The translations under genes were made by a program, and so were the position numbers. Below are positions 36,690 to 46,225 of a stretch of DNA of 64,000 bases, piece after piece. The first letter of the stretch is position 1; every line of letters starts with the position of its first letter. The stretch comes from Gaiellales bacterium (GTDB lineage Bacteria > Actinomycetota > Thermoleophilia > Gaiellales > JAICJC01): the NCBI GenBank assembly GCA_045806525.1, contig JBJMJD010000079.1, positions 2,503 to 66,502 on the forward strand, in the 5' to 3' direction. Below the pieces are notes generated by a model, which searched no databases, was not told the DNA's origin, and saw only the letters and a list, made by a program, of their open reading frames with translations.

Positions 36690-37583
36690 TCAGGTCTCGG
36701 GCAGGGCGATCGCGCCCAGCATCTGCACCTCGTGCTCGAGCTCCACGCCCTCCTTGCGAGCCCGGCGCCGCGCCTCGGCCATCAACGCGACCACGTCGGC
36801 CGAGGACGCCTGGCCGTCCACGTTCTCGATGAAGTTGGCGTGCACGGGCGAGATCCGGGCGCCGCCGATCCGGTAGCCCTTGAGGCCGCAGCGCTCGAGC
36901 AGCTGCCCGGCCCCCAGCTGCTCGGACGGGTTCTTCCAGACGCTTCCGAAGGTGCGCACGCCTGAAGGCTGCGCCTCCTTGCGTCGCCGCTGCATGTCGC
37001 GCACGGTGGCCGCGATCGCGGCGCTGTCCGCCGCCGCCAGCGACAGCCGCGCGGCCGCCACGACCTCGCCGGCTGTCACGTTCGACCCCCGGTATCGCAT
37101 CGCCAGGTCGTCGGCACCGCCGCTGCGCTCGCCGTCGCCGGCCAGCACGAGCGCCTCGGCCAGCACGTCGCGCATCTCGCCCCCGTAGGCGCCGGCATTC
37201 ATACGCACCGCCCCACCGACCGTGCCCGGAATCGCGCAGCCGAACTCGACGCCCGAAAGCCCCCACTCCGTCGCGCGCCTCACCACCGCGGCCAAGGACG
37301 CCCCGCCACCGCACTCGATGGCATCACCGTCACGGTCGATCGCGGCCAGCTCGCCGGCCAGCCGCACCACCAGGCCGTCGAAGCCGGAGTCGGCCGCCAG
37401 CAGGTTCGAGCCCAGGCCTATCACCGCCATCTCGACGCCTTCCGCCAGCCGCCAGCGCAGCAGGTCGCGCAGCTGGCCGGTCGTCTCCGGTCGCGCGAGG
37501 TAGGCCGCCGGGCCACCGGTGCCGACCGTCGTCAGCCGCGCGATCGGGACGTCGCGCTCGACGAACGGCGGCGCCTGCGTCAC
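36690..37583 (-). CDS. murB: UDP-N-acetylenolpyruvoylglucosamine reductase
   Basis: 297 aa. TTVGTGGPA, GLGSNLL, and C-terminal SPVHANFIEN. Confidence 0.9.
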   Translation of the reverse strand: MTQAPPFVERDVPIARLTTVGTGGPAAYLARPETTGQLRDLLRWRLAEGVEMAVIGLGSNLLAADSGFDGLVVRLAGELAAIDRDGDAIECGGGASLAAVVRRATEWGLSGVEFGCAIPGTVGGAVRMNAGAYGGEMRDVLAEALVLAGDGERSGGADDLAMRYRGSNVTAGEVVAAARLSLAAADSAAIAATVRDMQRRRKEAQPSGVRTFGSVWKNPSEQLGAGQLLERCGLKGYRIGGARISPVHANFIENVDGQASSADVVALMAEARRRARKEGVELEHEVQMLGAIALPET

Positions 37584-38929
37584 ACCTGCTCCAGCAGCAT
37601 GTCCCCCACCCGCCGCACATCGCCCGCGCCCATCGTCACCACCATGTCGCCGCGGCGGATGCGGCTGCGCAGGTAGCGCGCGCCGGCGTCCAGGGTGGGC
37701 TCGTAGGCCAGCGGCATGCCCGGCCGCGCCTCGCTGACCGCGTCCACCACCAGCTTGGCGGTGACGCCCTCCAGCGGAACCTCGCGGGCTGGGTAGATCT
37801 CGGTCACGACCACCTCATCCGCGGTCGCCAGCGCGCGCCCGAAGTGAAACGCCAGCGCCTCGGTGCGCGAGAACAGGTGCGGCTGAAAACAGACCACGAC
37901 TCGGCCGGGCGCCCAGGTGCGTGCGGCCTCGATCGTGGCCGCCACCTCGGTCGGGTGGTGCGCATAGTCGTCGACGATCCAGATGCCGTCACGTTCGCCG
38001 CGCAGCTCGAAGCGGCGGCCCGCGCCGGTGTACTCGGCCAGGGCGGCCGCGGCCTCGGCAACCTCGACGCCGGCCAGCGCATGCAGGCCGGCGATCGCCG
38101 CCGCGGCGTTGAGGGCGTTGTGGGCGCCGGGCAGCGCCAGCGTCACGTGCAGCGGCGTGCCCTCCGGCGTGCGCAGCCAGAACCCTGTGCTGCCGGCGGC
38201 CTGCTCGACTGCGCTCACCTGCCAGTCGACGTCGCCGTAGCCGAACCGCTGAACCGTTGCCTCGGTGGGCAGCGATAGCGACTCATGATGGATCAGCGCG
38301 CCCGACGCCGGCAGCTCCATTGTCCAATCAGAGAACAGGCGCTCGAGCTCGCTCATGCTGGCGAACCTCGTGTGGTGATCGAGCTCGAGGTTGAGGACGA
38401 CCGCCACGCGCGGCCGCAGCAGCGACAGGGAGCCGTCCGACTCGTCGGCCTCGGCCACCAGGATGGTGCCGCCGCCGGGCCCCGCGTTGCCTCCCAGCTG
38501 CGGTACCTCGCCGCCGATCAGGTACGTGGGATCCAGCCCCAGCCGCTGCGCCGCGTAGGCGATCATGGCCGACGTCGTGGTCTTCCCGTGGGCGCCGGCG
38601 ACGCAGACCGATCGGCGCGATGCCACCATCTCGGCCAGCAGCTGGGCGCGGTGAAGCCGCGGCAGCGCCAGATCGCGGGCGGCCAGCAGCTCCGGCTCGC
38701 CCGCGGAGATCGCCGACGACACGATCAGCTCCATCCCGGGCTCGAGGTGAGCGGGGTCGTGCTCGAGCGAGACCGGCACGCCGAACCTGGCCAGACGGTC
38801 GGAGTACGGCGAGGCCGCCCGGTCGCAGCCGCTCACGTCCGCGCCCCAGGCATAGGCGACCGTGGCCAGCGCCGACATGCCGGCGCCGCCGATGCCGATC
38901 ATGTGCAGGCGGCGGCCCGACCAGTTCAC
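37580..38929 (-). CDS. murC: UDP-N-acetylmuramate--L-alanine ligase
   Basis: HMIGIGGAGMSALA, GAHGKTTTSAM. 449 aa. Confidence 0.93.
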   Translation of the reverse strand: MNWSGRRLHMIGIGGAGMSALATVAYAWGADVSGCDRAASPYSDRLARFGVPVSLEHDPAHLEPGMELIVSSAISAGEPELLAARDLALPRLHRAQLLAEMVASRRSVCVAGAHGKTTTSAMIAYAAQRLGLDPTYLIGGEVPQLGGNAGPGGGTILVAEADESDGSLSLLRPRVAVVLNLELDHHTRFASMSELERLFSDWTMELPASGALIHHESLSLPTEATVQRFGYGDVDWQVSAVEQAAGSTGFWLRTPEGTPLHVTLALPGAHNALNAAAAIAGLHALAGVEVAEAAAALAEYTGAGRRFELRGERDGIWIVDDYAHHPTEVAATIEAARTWAPGRVVVCFQPHLFSRTEALAFHFGRALATADEVVVTEIYPAREVPLEGVTAKLVVDAVSEARPGMPLAYEPTLDAGARYLRSRIRRGDMVVTMGAGDVRRVGDMLLEQV

Positions 38930-39957
38930 GGAGCGAGCTCCAGCAGATGATCCGCGATCACCGACGCGGCGTCGGGCCGCGCCAGCCTGACGGCGGCGAC
39001 CGCCATCCGCTCACGCCGCTCGTGGTCGGCCAGCAGCGCGTTCACCTCCTGGCGCAGCCGCGTCGGTGTCAGGTCGGCGTCGCTGACCATGACGGCCGCG
39101 CCGCCCAGGGCGAAGTGCTCGGCGTTTCGGGTCTGGTGGTCGGCGGTCACGTTGGGGGAGGGTACGAGAATCGACGGCTTGCCGGCGGCGGCTATCTCGA
39201 ACACCGAGCCGCCGGCCCGCGCCACCACCAGGTCGGCCTGCTCCAGGTAGTCGCGCAGGTGCGGCGTGTATGGCAGCACGTGGTAGCGAGCGGACGCGGC
39301 CGCGCCGTAGCGGTCGAACTCCCGTTCACCGGTCACGTGTACCACCGTGAAGCCGGGATCCTTGTCCGCCCAGGCGCCGGAGGCGGCCTCGTTCAGCGTG
39401 CGCGCGCCCAGGCTGCCGCCGAACACGAGCACCATCGGGCGCCCCGAGTCCAGGTCGAGGCCGTGCCCGTCCGGCCCGCGCTCGGGCAGCGGACGGCCCG
39501 TGACCACGTAGTGCGGCGGTCGCTTGCCCTCGATCGGGAAGCTCAGGAACACGCGGTCGACCAGCGGCGCAGCCATCCGATTGGCCAACCCCATGTGCGC
39601 GTCCACCTCCAGCAGCGCCGAGGGCAGCCGGCTGGTCTTGGCGGCGGCCAGCATCGGGCCGGACACGTACCCGCCCGCGCCGAACACGACGTCGGGCCGC
39701 ACCCGGCCGATGATGCGCCGGCAGGCAAGCGGGGCGCCGCCCGTCCGCCAGATTGCACGCAGCAGCTCCGCGGAGGGACGCCGCGGCAGGCCGCTCACGG
39801 CGAAGCGATGGAACGGGTAGCCGGCCTCCGGCACCAGCTGCGACTCGATCCGGTCGCCGCCGGCGAACTCGACCGTGGCGCCGCTAGCCCGTAGCGCGCC
39901 GGCCACCGCCAGCGCCGGCACGACGTGCCCCGCCGTGCCTCCGGCGGCGATCAGCAC
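38926..39957 (-). CDS. murG: Lipid II synthase MurG (UDP-GlcNAc transferase)
   Basis: LIAAGGTAGHVVPALAVA. 343 aa. Confidence 0.93.
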   Translation of the reverse strand: MLIAAGGTAGHVVPALAVAGALRASGATVEFAGGDRIESQLVPEAGYPFHRFAVSGLPRRPSAELLRAIWRTGGAPLACRRIIGRVRPDVVFGAGGYVSGPMLAAAKTSRLPSALLEVDAHMGLANRMAAPLVDRVFLSFPIEGKRPPHYVVTGRPLPERGPDGHGLDLDSGRPMVLVFGGSLGARTLNEAASGAWADKDPGFTVVHVTGEREFDRYGAAASARYHVLPYTPHLRDYLEQADLVVARAGGSVFEIAAAGKPSILVPSPNVTADHQTRNAEHFALGGAAVMVSDADLTPTRLRQEVNALLADHERRERMAVAAVRLARPDAASVIADHLLELAP

Positions 39958-41170
39958 GCGTGGGCTTGGCCTGCTTGGGTTCAGTCGCCTTCACATCCTT
40001 CTTCGGGCTGGCGCCCGGCTTGGCAGCCTTCGCGGATACCGCGCCGGTGTCCGCCACGTTCAGCAGCACCCCCACCAGGCTCAGCATCACCACCAGGCTG
40101 GAACCGCCCGAGCTTATCAACGGCAGCGGCACCCCGGTCAGCGGCAGGAAGCCGAGCACCGCGCCGAAGTTGACGATCGCCTGCCCGGCCACCAGCGTCG
40201 TGGTGCCAGCGGCCAGGTACTTCCCGAAGGGATCCTTGCAGCGCAGGGCGATCCGGAATCCGAGCCATGTGAACAGCGCGAACGCCAGCACCACCGCCAG
40301 GATCCCGACCAGCCCCAGCTCCTCGCCGATCACGGCGCCGATCATGTCGGTGGGCGCCTCCGGCAGGAAGCCGATCTTCTGGGTGCCGTTGCCAACGCCG
40401 ACACCGGTGATCCCGCCCGAGCCCAGCGCAAGCAGCGCCTGGATGCTCTGGTACCCGGCTCCGGCCGGGTCCTTCCACGGATCCAGGAACGACCGGATCC
40501 GCTCCATCTGGTATGGCTCACGAGCGACCGTGTAGGCAACGCCGATCAGTCCCACGATCGCAACGCTGCTGAACAGCCGCAGCGGCGTGCCGGCGACCAG
40601 CAGGATGCCGCAGACCATCAGGGCGATCGCGATGGTGGTGCCGAGGTCGGGCTGGGAGTGGATCAGCAGCAACACCACCAGCACCACGGCGCCCACCGGG
40701 TTGAACAGCTGGGCCAGTGTGCGCGGCGGCTTGCGCCGCGAAGCCAGCACCGCCGAGGCAAAGATCAGCACCGCCGCCTTGGCGAACTCGGAGGGCTGGA
40801 TCGAGATCGGCCCGACGAAGATCCATCGCTGGGCGCCCTTGATGTTGACTCCGATCCCGGGGATCTTGACGGCCACCAGCAGCGCGATCGAGATGAACAG
40901 GATCGGCGCGGCGACGTAGCGCAGGCGCCGGTACGAGAAGCGCGCCAGCACCAGCATCGCGATCACCCCCACGGCCGCGTACACCGCCTGGCGGGCCAGC
41001 GCCCCCACCGGGTCCTGACCCTCGACCACCGCCGTGCCGCTGGACGCGCTGTAGACCATGATCAGCCCGAAGGCGACCAGGCCCAGCGTCACCAGCAGCA
41101 GCAGGTGGTACTCGAGCTGAGGCGAGGAGCGGGCGGCACGGCGCCGCACCCGCTGGACGTCAGCGACCAA
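39884..41170 (-). CDS. ftsW: SEDS-family peptidoglycan polymerase FtsW
   Basis: About 10 TM helices, QPSEFAK motif, and a Lys/Ala/Pro-rich tail. The 3' end overlaps the murG start by 74 nt. Confidence 0.9.
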   Translation of the reverse strand: MVADVQRVRRRAARSSPQLEYHLLLLVTLGLVAFGLIMVYSASSGTAVVEGQDPVGALARQAVYAAVGVIAMLVLARFSYRRLRYVAAPILFISIALLVAVKIPGIGVNIKGAQRWIFVGPISIQPSEFAKAAVLIFASAVLASRRKPPRTLAQLFNPVGAVVLVVLLLIHSQPDLGTTIAIALMVCGILLVAGTPLRLFSSVAIVGLIGVAYTVAREPYQMERIRSFLDPWKDPAGAGYQSIQALLALGSGGITGVGVGNGTQKIGFLPEAPTDMIGAVIGEELGLVGILAVVLAFALFTWLGFRIALRCKDPFGKYLAAGTTTLVAGQAIVNFGAVLGFLPLTGVPLPLISSGGSSLVVMLSLVGVLLNVADTGAVSAKAAKPGASPKKDVKATEPKQAKPTRADRRRRHGGARRAGAGGGRRATG

Positions 41171-42446
41171 CCGGCACCTCCTGCGCCAGCTGCGCGAACG
41201 CCAGGCCGCGCTCGGCGTAGTCCGTGAACTCGTCGAAGCTGGCGCAGGCCGGCGACAGCAGCACCACGTCTCCGGGCTGGGCGCCGGCTGCGGCTGCGGC
41301 CACCGCGGCCGCCATCCGCGGGTGACGGCGGTGCGGCACCACGGCGGCGGCCAACGCGGAGGCGATCTGCTCGCCCGCCTCGCCGTACACGTCCACCGAG
41401 ACGACCGGGCCGGCGGCGACGGCGGCGGCCAGCCCGGCGAACGACGAGCCCTTCAGCGATCCGCCCAGCACCAGCCGGACGCCGTCCCGGTATGCCGTCA
41501 GCGCCTTGATCACCGCCTCCGGGTTCGTGGCCTTGGAGTCGTCGACGAAGCTGACGCCCTCGCGCACGGCCACCGTCTGCATGCGGTGCGGCGGCGGGGT
41601 GAAGGAGCGGAGCGCGCGGTCGCGCGCCTCCCGGGACACGCCGGCGGCCTCCGCCGCCGCTGACGCGGCCAGCGCGTTCTCGAGGTTATGGTCGCCACGG
41701 ATCGACGAATGTTCCCAGTCGATCCGGTCGGACTGCTCGCGGCTGAACCACACGTGACGGCCGGCGCCGGGGATCTCGGCCTCGCGCAGCACAGGGTCGT
41801 CGCCGTTCAGCACGGCCGTGTCCTCGGCCGTCTGGTTCTCGAACAGGCGCAGCTTGCTGCTCAGGTACTCCGCGAACGTGCCATGGCGGTCGAGATGATC
41901 GGGGGTGACCTGCAGCGCCACACCCACCCGCGCCCGGAAGCTGTCGATGTCCTCGAGCTGGAAGCTGGACAGCTCACAGGCGATCCAGGTGCCCGCATCC
42001 ACGCGGCCGGCCAGGTCGCAGAGCGGGCGGCCCACGTTCCCGGCCACCTCCACCGGCACGTTGCCGGCGCGCAGCATCGCGCTAACCAGCTCGGTGGTGG
42101 TGGTCTTGCCGTTGGTGCCGGTGATGCCGATGATCGGGCTTCGGATCAACCGGTATCCCAGCTCGACCTCGCTCCAGACCGGGACGCCGGCGTCGCGGGC
42201 GGATGCCACCAGGGGATGGTCTCCCGGCGCACCGGGCGACTTCACCAGTGCTGTCACCCCGGTCATCGACACCAGATCGCCACCGAGGTGGTATTCGACG
42301 CCGATCGCGCGAAGCCTCGCCGTGTCCACGTCCGCGGCGTCGTCCACGCCCACCACCTCCGCGCCCGGCATCGTCCGCCGGATCGCCTCGCCGGCGGCGA
42401 GGCCCGACCGCCGCAGACCCAGCACGACGTAGCGGCCGTCGCTCAC
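41160..42446 (-). CDS. murD: UDP-N-acetylmuramoylalanine--D-glutamate ligase
   Basis: GTG at 42446 (GTGA overlap with the mraY stop) within track ORF 41160..42545. GITGTNGKTTT. Confidence 0.9.
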   Translation of the reverse strand: MSDGRYVVLGLRRSGLAAGEAIRRTMPGAEVVGVDDAADVDTARLRAIGVEYHLGGDLVSMTGVTALVKSPGAPGDHPLVASARDAGVPVWSEVELGYRLIRSPIIGITGTNGKTTTTELVSAMLRAGNVPVEVAGNVGRPLCDLAGRVDAGTWIACELSSFQLEDIDSFRARVGVALQVTPDHLDRHGTFAEYLSSKLRLFENQTAEDTAVLNGDDPVLREAEIPGAGRHVWFSREQSDRIDWEHSSIRGDHNLENALAASAAAEAAGVSREARDRALRSFTPPPHRMQTVAVREGVSFVDDSKATNPEAVIKALTAYRDGVRLVLGGSLKGSSFAGLAAAVAAGPVVSVDVYGEAGEQIASALAAAVVPHRRHPRMAAAVAAAAAGAQPGDVVLLSPACASFDEFTDYAERGLAFAQLAQEVPVGR

Positions 42447-43453
42447 CGGAACTTGGAGTAGGCCAGGTAGTAGAGGACGAAGCCGCTGGCGCCGCAGATC
42501 GAGGCCAGGATCCAGAACCGCACGATGATCTTGTTCTCGGTCCACTCCAGCATCTCGAAGTGGTGGTGGATCGGCGCCATCAGGAACACGCGCTTGCGGG
42601 ACACCTTGAAGCCGATCACCTGGATCGCGACCGACAGCGCCTCGATCACGAACACGCCGCCGATGATCACCAGCAGGAACTCGGTCTTGGTGAACACGGC
42701 CATCGCCGCCAGCGCCCCGCCCAGGCCGAACGAGCCGGTGTCGCCCATGAACACGTCGGCCGGGTAGGCGTTGTACCAGAGGAACCCGACGCAGCCCCCG
42801 ACGAGCGCCGCGCCCATGATCGCCAGGTCGATGCGGCTGGCCGCGCCCTCGGCTGTGAGGCCGCCCGGCGACAGGAACGCCACCACCATCATGGCGGTGT
42901 AGGTCAGCATCGCGATCGTCACGGTGCCCGCCGCCAGCCCGTCCAGGCCGTCGGTCAGGTTGACCGCGTTGGCGCCGCCGGCGACGACCAGGAACAGCAG
43001 CACGTAGTAGGCGGGGCCAAGGTTGATCCGGACGTCGAGCAACGGCAGGTAGACGTCGGTGGACAGGTGCTGGCGGTGCGCCACGTAGCCGAGCGCCGCG
43101 GTCACGCCGAGCAGGGCCAGCATCTTCCAGCGCCCCGACAGGCCCAGCGAACGGCTGTGGGACAGCTTGAACCAGTCGTCGACGAAGCCGATGGCGGCAC
43201 AGGCGATGGTCACCCCGGCCACGGTCAGCGCCGGCGTCGTGCGCTTTGTCAGGATGGCAAACGTGAGCAGCGCGCAGGACAGCAGGATCAGGCCGCCCAT
43301 CGTGGGCGTGCCCTGCTTGGACATATGGCCGGCCGGGCCCTCCTCGCGGATCTGCTGGCCGAGTGCATGGCGGCGCACGAAGGCGATGAACGCGGGCCCC
43401 GCTGCGATCGAGAGCAGCATCGCGATCACGCCCGCGAGCAGCACCAGCTTCAC
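42443..43453 (-). CDS. mraY: Phospho-N-acetylmuramoyl-pentapeptide transferase
   Basis: 336 aa polytopic protein. NLTDGLDGLA, MGDTGS and HHHFE motifs. Confidence 0.95.
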   Translation of the reverse strand: MKLVLLAGVIAMLLSIAAGPAFIAFVRRHALGQQIREEGPAGHMSKQGTPTMGGLILLSCALLTFAILTKRTTPALTVAGVTIACAAIGFVDDWFKLSHSRSLGLSGRWKMLALLGVTAALGYVAHRQHLSTDVYLPLLDVRINLGPAYYVLLFLVVAGGANAVNLTDGLDGLAAGTVTIAMLTYTAMMVVAFLSPGGLTAEGAASRIDLAIMGAALVGGCVGFLWYNAYPADVFMGDTGSFGLGGALAAMAVFTKTEFLLVIIGGVFVIEALSVAIQVIGFKVSRKRVFLMAPIHHHFEMLEWTENKIIVRFWILASICGASGFVLYYLAYSKFR

Positions 43454-44769
43454 GGGGCGATCGCCTCCACGGCGTCCTCGAGACCGATCGACCGGCTGGC
43501 CTTGACCAGCACCGTATCGCCGGGCTGGATCATTTCACCCAGCGACTCGCGCAGCTCGGCCACCGTCCCGAACCACCTGCCGCCGTAGGCGCGGGACTGC
43601 GGCCCCACCGCGAGCACGACCTCGATACCCAGCTCCGCCAGCAGCTCGCCCACCTGCCGGTGGTATGCCGCGGCGCCGGGTCCCAGCTCGGCCATGTCAC
43701 CCAGCACCGCCACCCGCCGACGACCGGCGGCCGACTCCGACAGGTGCCGCAGGGCGGCCGCCATCGACGTCGGGTTGGCGTTGTAGCAGTCGGCGATCAG
43801 CAGGCCGCCTCCGGGCAGCTCGATCTCCTCGCCGCGCCAGCGCGAGAAAGCGACGTCACCGGCGCCCAGCGCCAGGTCGTCCAGCGGCAGCCCAAGGGAG
43901 TCGTAGGCAGCCGCGGCGGCCGCCAGGTTGAGGGCGTTGTGACGCGCGGTGAAGTTCACGGGCACCGACAGGGTTCGACCGCGAACCGCGATCTCCGCCT
44001 GTCCGGCGCCGCCGGCGGCGGTGAACGCGCGCAGCTGCACGTCGGCGCCATCCTCGGCGCCGAAGCTGACCACAGGGCACCCGAGCGCCGCCAGGTGCGG
44101 CTCGAGCAGCGATTCGCCGTACGGCACGATCGCGGTGCCGTCCGCCGGCAGCGCCTCCAGCAGCTCGGCCTTGGCCCGGGCCACGTTCTCGATCGTGCCC
44201 AGCAGCTCCAGGTGAACGGGACCGACGCCCGTGACGATGCCGATCTGGGGACGCGCGATGGCGGCAAGGTGGGCGATCTGGCCCAGGCCGCGCATGGCCA
44301 TCTCCACCACAGCGACGCCGGTCACCGGTTCGATCCGCGCGAGCGTCAACGGCACTCCCAGCTCGTTGTTCTCGTTCTGGCGGCTCGCCACCACGGCCGT
44401 GTGCGGCGCAAGCAGTGCGGCCAGGATGTCCTTGGTGGACGTCTTGCCGGTCGACCCCGTGATGCCGACCACGCCGGCCGTGCCGCGCAGGCGCACCTCG
44501 CGGGCGACCACTGCCAGCGCGTCCAGCGGGTCGTCGACCGCGATCCGGCCCGCGCCCTCCTGACCGCGCGGCACCAGCGCGGCCGCGGCGCCGGCGGCCA
44601 GCGCGTCATCCGCGAAGTCGGCACCGTCGGCACGCTCGCCCGCGAGCGCGACGAACAGGTCGCCCGGGGTCACCCGACGCGAGTCGACGGCAACGCCGGT
44701 GACCACCGCCTCCACCCGCGCCTCGCCGTGCGTCAGCTCGGCGATCTCCGCGGTTGTCAGCTCGATCAC
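43450..44769 (-). CDS. murF: UDP-MurNAc-tripeptide--D-alanyl-D-alanine ligase
   Basis: GITGSTGKTSTK. 439 aa. Confidence 0.9.
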   Translation of the reverse strand: MIELTTAEIAELTHGEARVEAVVTGVAVDSRRVTPGDLFVALAGERADGADFADDALAAGAAAALVPRGQEGAGRIAVDDPLDALAVVAREVRLRGTAGVVGITGSTGKTSTKDILAALLAPHTAVVASRQNENNELGVPLTLARIEPVTGVAVVEMAMRGLGQIAHLAAIARPQIGIVTGVGPVHLELLGTIENVARAKAELLEALPADGTAIVPYGESLLEPHLAALGCPVVSFGAEDGADVQLRAFTAAGGAGQAEIAVRGRTLSVPVNFTARHNALNLAAAAAAYDSLGLPLDDLALGAGDVAFSRWRGEEIELPGGGLLIADCYNANPTSMAAALRHLSESAAGRRRVAVLGDMAELGPGAAAYHRQVGELLAELGIEVVLAVGPQSRAYGGRWFGTVAELRESLGEMIQPGDTVLVKASRSIGLEDAVEAIAP

Positions 44770-46211
44770 GCGGTCTGCCCCAGCTGCCGCAGCGCCTCCA
44801 GCGCAGCCGTACGGTCGTCAAAGGGCACCGTGTGGTCGGCGAACTGCTGCCCCTGCTCGTGGCCCTTGCCTGCGATCACGACGATGTCACCGGGCCGGGC
44901 GGCCGCAACCGCGAGCTCGATCGCGCGGCGGCGGTCGAGCTCGACCTCCATGTCGATGCCGTCCATGATCTCGGCCGCGATCGCCGCCGGATCTTCGCTG
45001 CGCGGATTGTCGTTGGTGATGATCGGCCGGTCGGCAAGCCGTCGCGCCACCCCGCCCATCAGGCGCCGCTTGCCGCGGTCGCGGTCGCCGCCGCAGCCGA
45101 ACACGCAGATCAGGTCGCCGGAGGTGATGCGGCGCGCGGCTGTGAGCACGTTCTCGAGCGAGTCGGGCGTGTGTGCGTAGTCGACCAGCACCGTGAACGG
45201 CTGGCCGGCGTCCACCGGCTCGAACCGCCCCGGCACGCCGTGCAGCGAGGCGATGCCGGCCCGCACCGCCTCGTGCGGCAGCTCCAGCAGCTCGCTCAAG
45301 GCGACCGCACAGAGCACGTTTGCCACGTTGAAGTCGCCGCGCAGCCGCACGTCCAGCGGCAGCAGGCCGCGCGGCGTCAGCGCGATCAGCGAGATCGTCC
45401 CGCCCGCTCCGATCTCGACGGATTGCGGACGCACGGCGGCTCGGTCGTCGTCGGCGGCGTAGCTGAGCACGGGCCCGGCCGCCTCCATCACCAGCCGCCG
45501 GCCGTACGGGTCGGCGACGTTGACGGCCGCCGGCCACGCCTGGTTCTCGAACAGCCGGCGCTTGGCCAGGTAGTACTCCTCCATCGTCGGGTGGAAGTCC
45601 AGGTGGTCCTGTGTCAGATTGGTGAAGGCCGCGGCGGCAAAGCGGGTGCCGGCCACCCGGTCCAGCGCCAGCGCATGCGACGACACCTCCATCGCGCAGC
45701 TCTGGTCGCCGGCGTCCACCATCTGCCGGAACTGGGTCTGGAGGTCGATGCTCTCCGGCGTCGTGCGCTTTACCTCGGCCACCTCGCCCCCGATCCGCGA
45801 CTCCACCGTGCCCAGCAGCGCGGGCCGCAACCCGGCCGCCTCCAGCACGGCGTACATCAGGAAGCAGGTGGTCGTCTTGCCGTTGGTGCCGGTCACCCCG
45901 ATCACGTCGAGCTCATGGCTGGGATGGCCGTAGAAGGTGTCGGCGGCGGGGCCCATCGCCGCCCGCGAGGACCGCACCAACAGCTGCGGCAGGTCGATGT
46001 CAAGGAAGCGCTCGACCACCAGCGCCACGGCTCCCGCCGCCTCCGCCTGGCCGGCGAAGTCGTGGCCGTCGACGCGAAAGCCGGGCACGCAGAAGTGCAG
46101 TGCTCCCGGCACGGCCGCAGCGGCGTCGTAGGTGAGCGCGGTGATCTGACCCGTCGCACCACCCCGCACCTCGAGCGGCCCGATCGTCCCGATCAGGTTC
46201 GCGAGTTCCAA
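44766..46211 (-). CDS. murE: UDP-MurNAc-L-Ala-D-Glu--2,6-diaminopimelate (or L-Lys) ligase
   Basis: TTG at 46211 (LELANLIG...LEVRG) within the 1088-aa track ORF 44766..48032. GVTGTNGKTTT. The upstream part of that ORF overlaps ftsI and is rejected. Confidence 0.88.
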   Translation of the reverse strand: MELANLIGTIGPLEVRGGATGQITALTYDAAAAVPGALHFCVPGFRVDGHDFAGQAEAAGAVALVVERFLDIDLPQLLVRSSRAAMGPAADTFYGHPSHELDVIGVTGTNGKTTTCFLMYAVLEAAGLRPALLGTVESRIGGEVAEVKRTTPESIDLQTQFRQMVDAGDQSCAMEVSSHALALDRVAGTRFAAAAFTNLTQDHLDFHPTMEEYYLAKRRLFENQAWPAAVNVADPYGRRLVMEAAGPVLSYAADDDRAAVRPQSVEIGAGGTISLIALTPRGLLPLDVRLRGDFNVANVLCAVALSELLELPHEAVRAGIASLHGVPGRFEPVDAGQPFTVLVDYAHTPDSLENVLTAARRITSGDLICVFGCGGDRDRGKRRLMGGVARRLADRPIITNDNPRSEDPAAIAAEIMDGIDMEVELDRRRAIELAVAAARPGDIVVIAGKGHEQGQQFADHTVPFDDRTAALEALRQLGQTA

Positions 46212-46225
46212 GCCTGGCGGGGAGG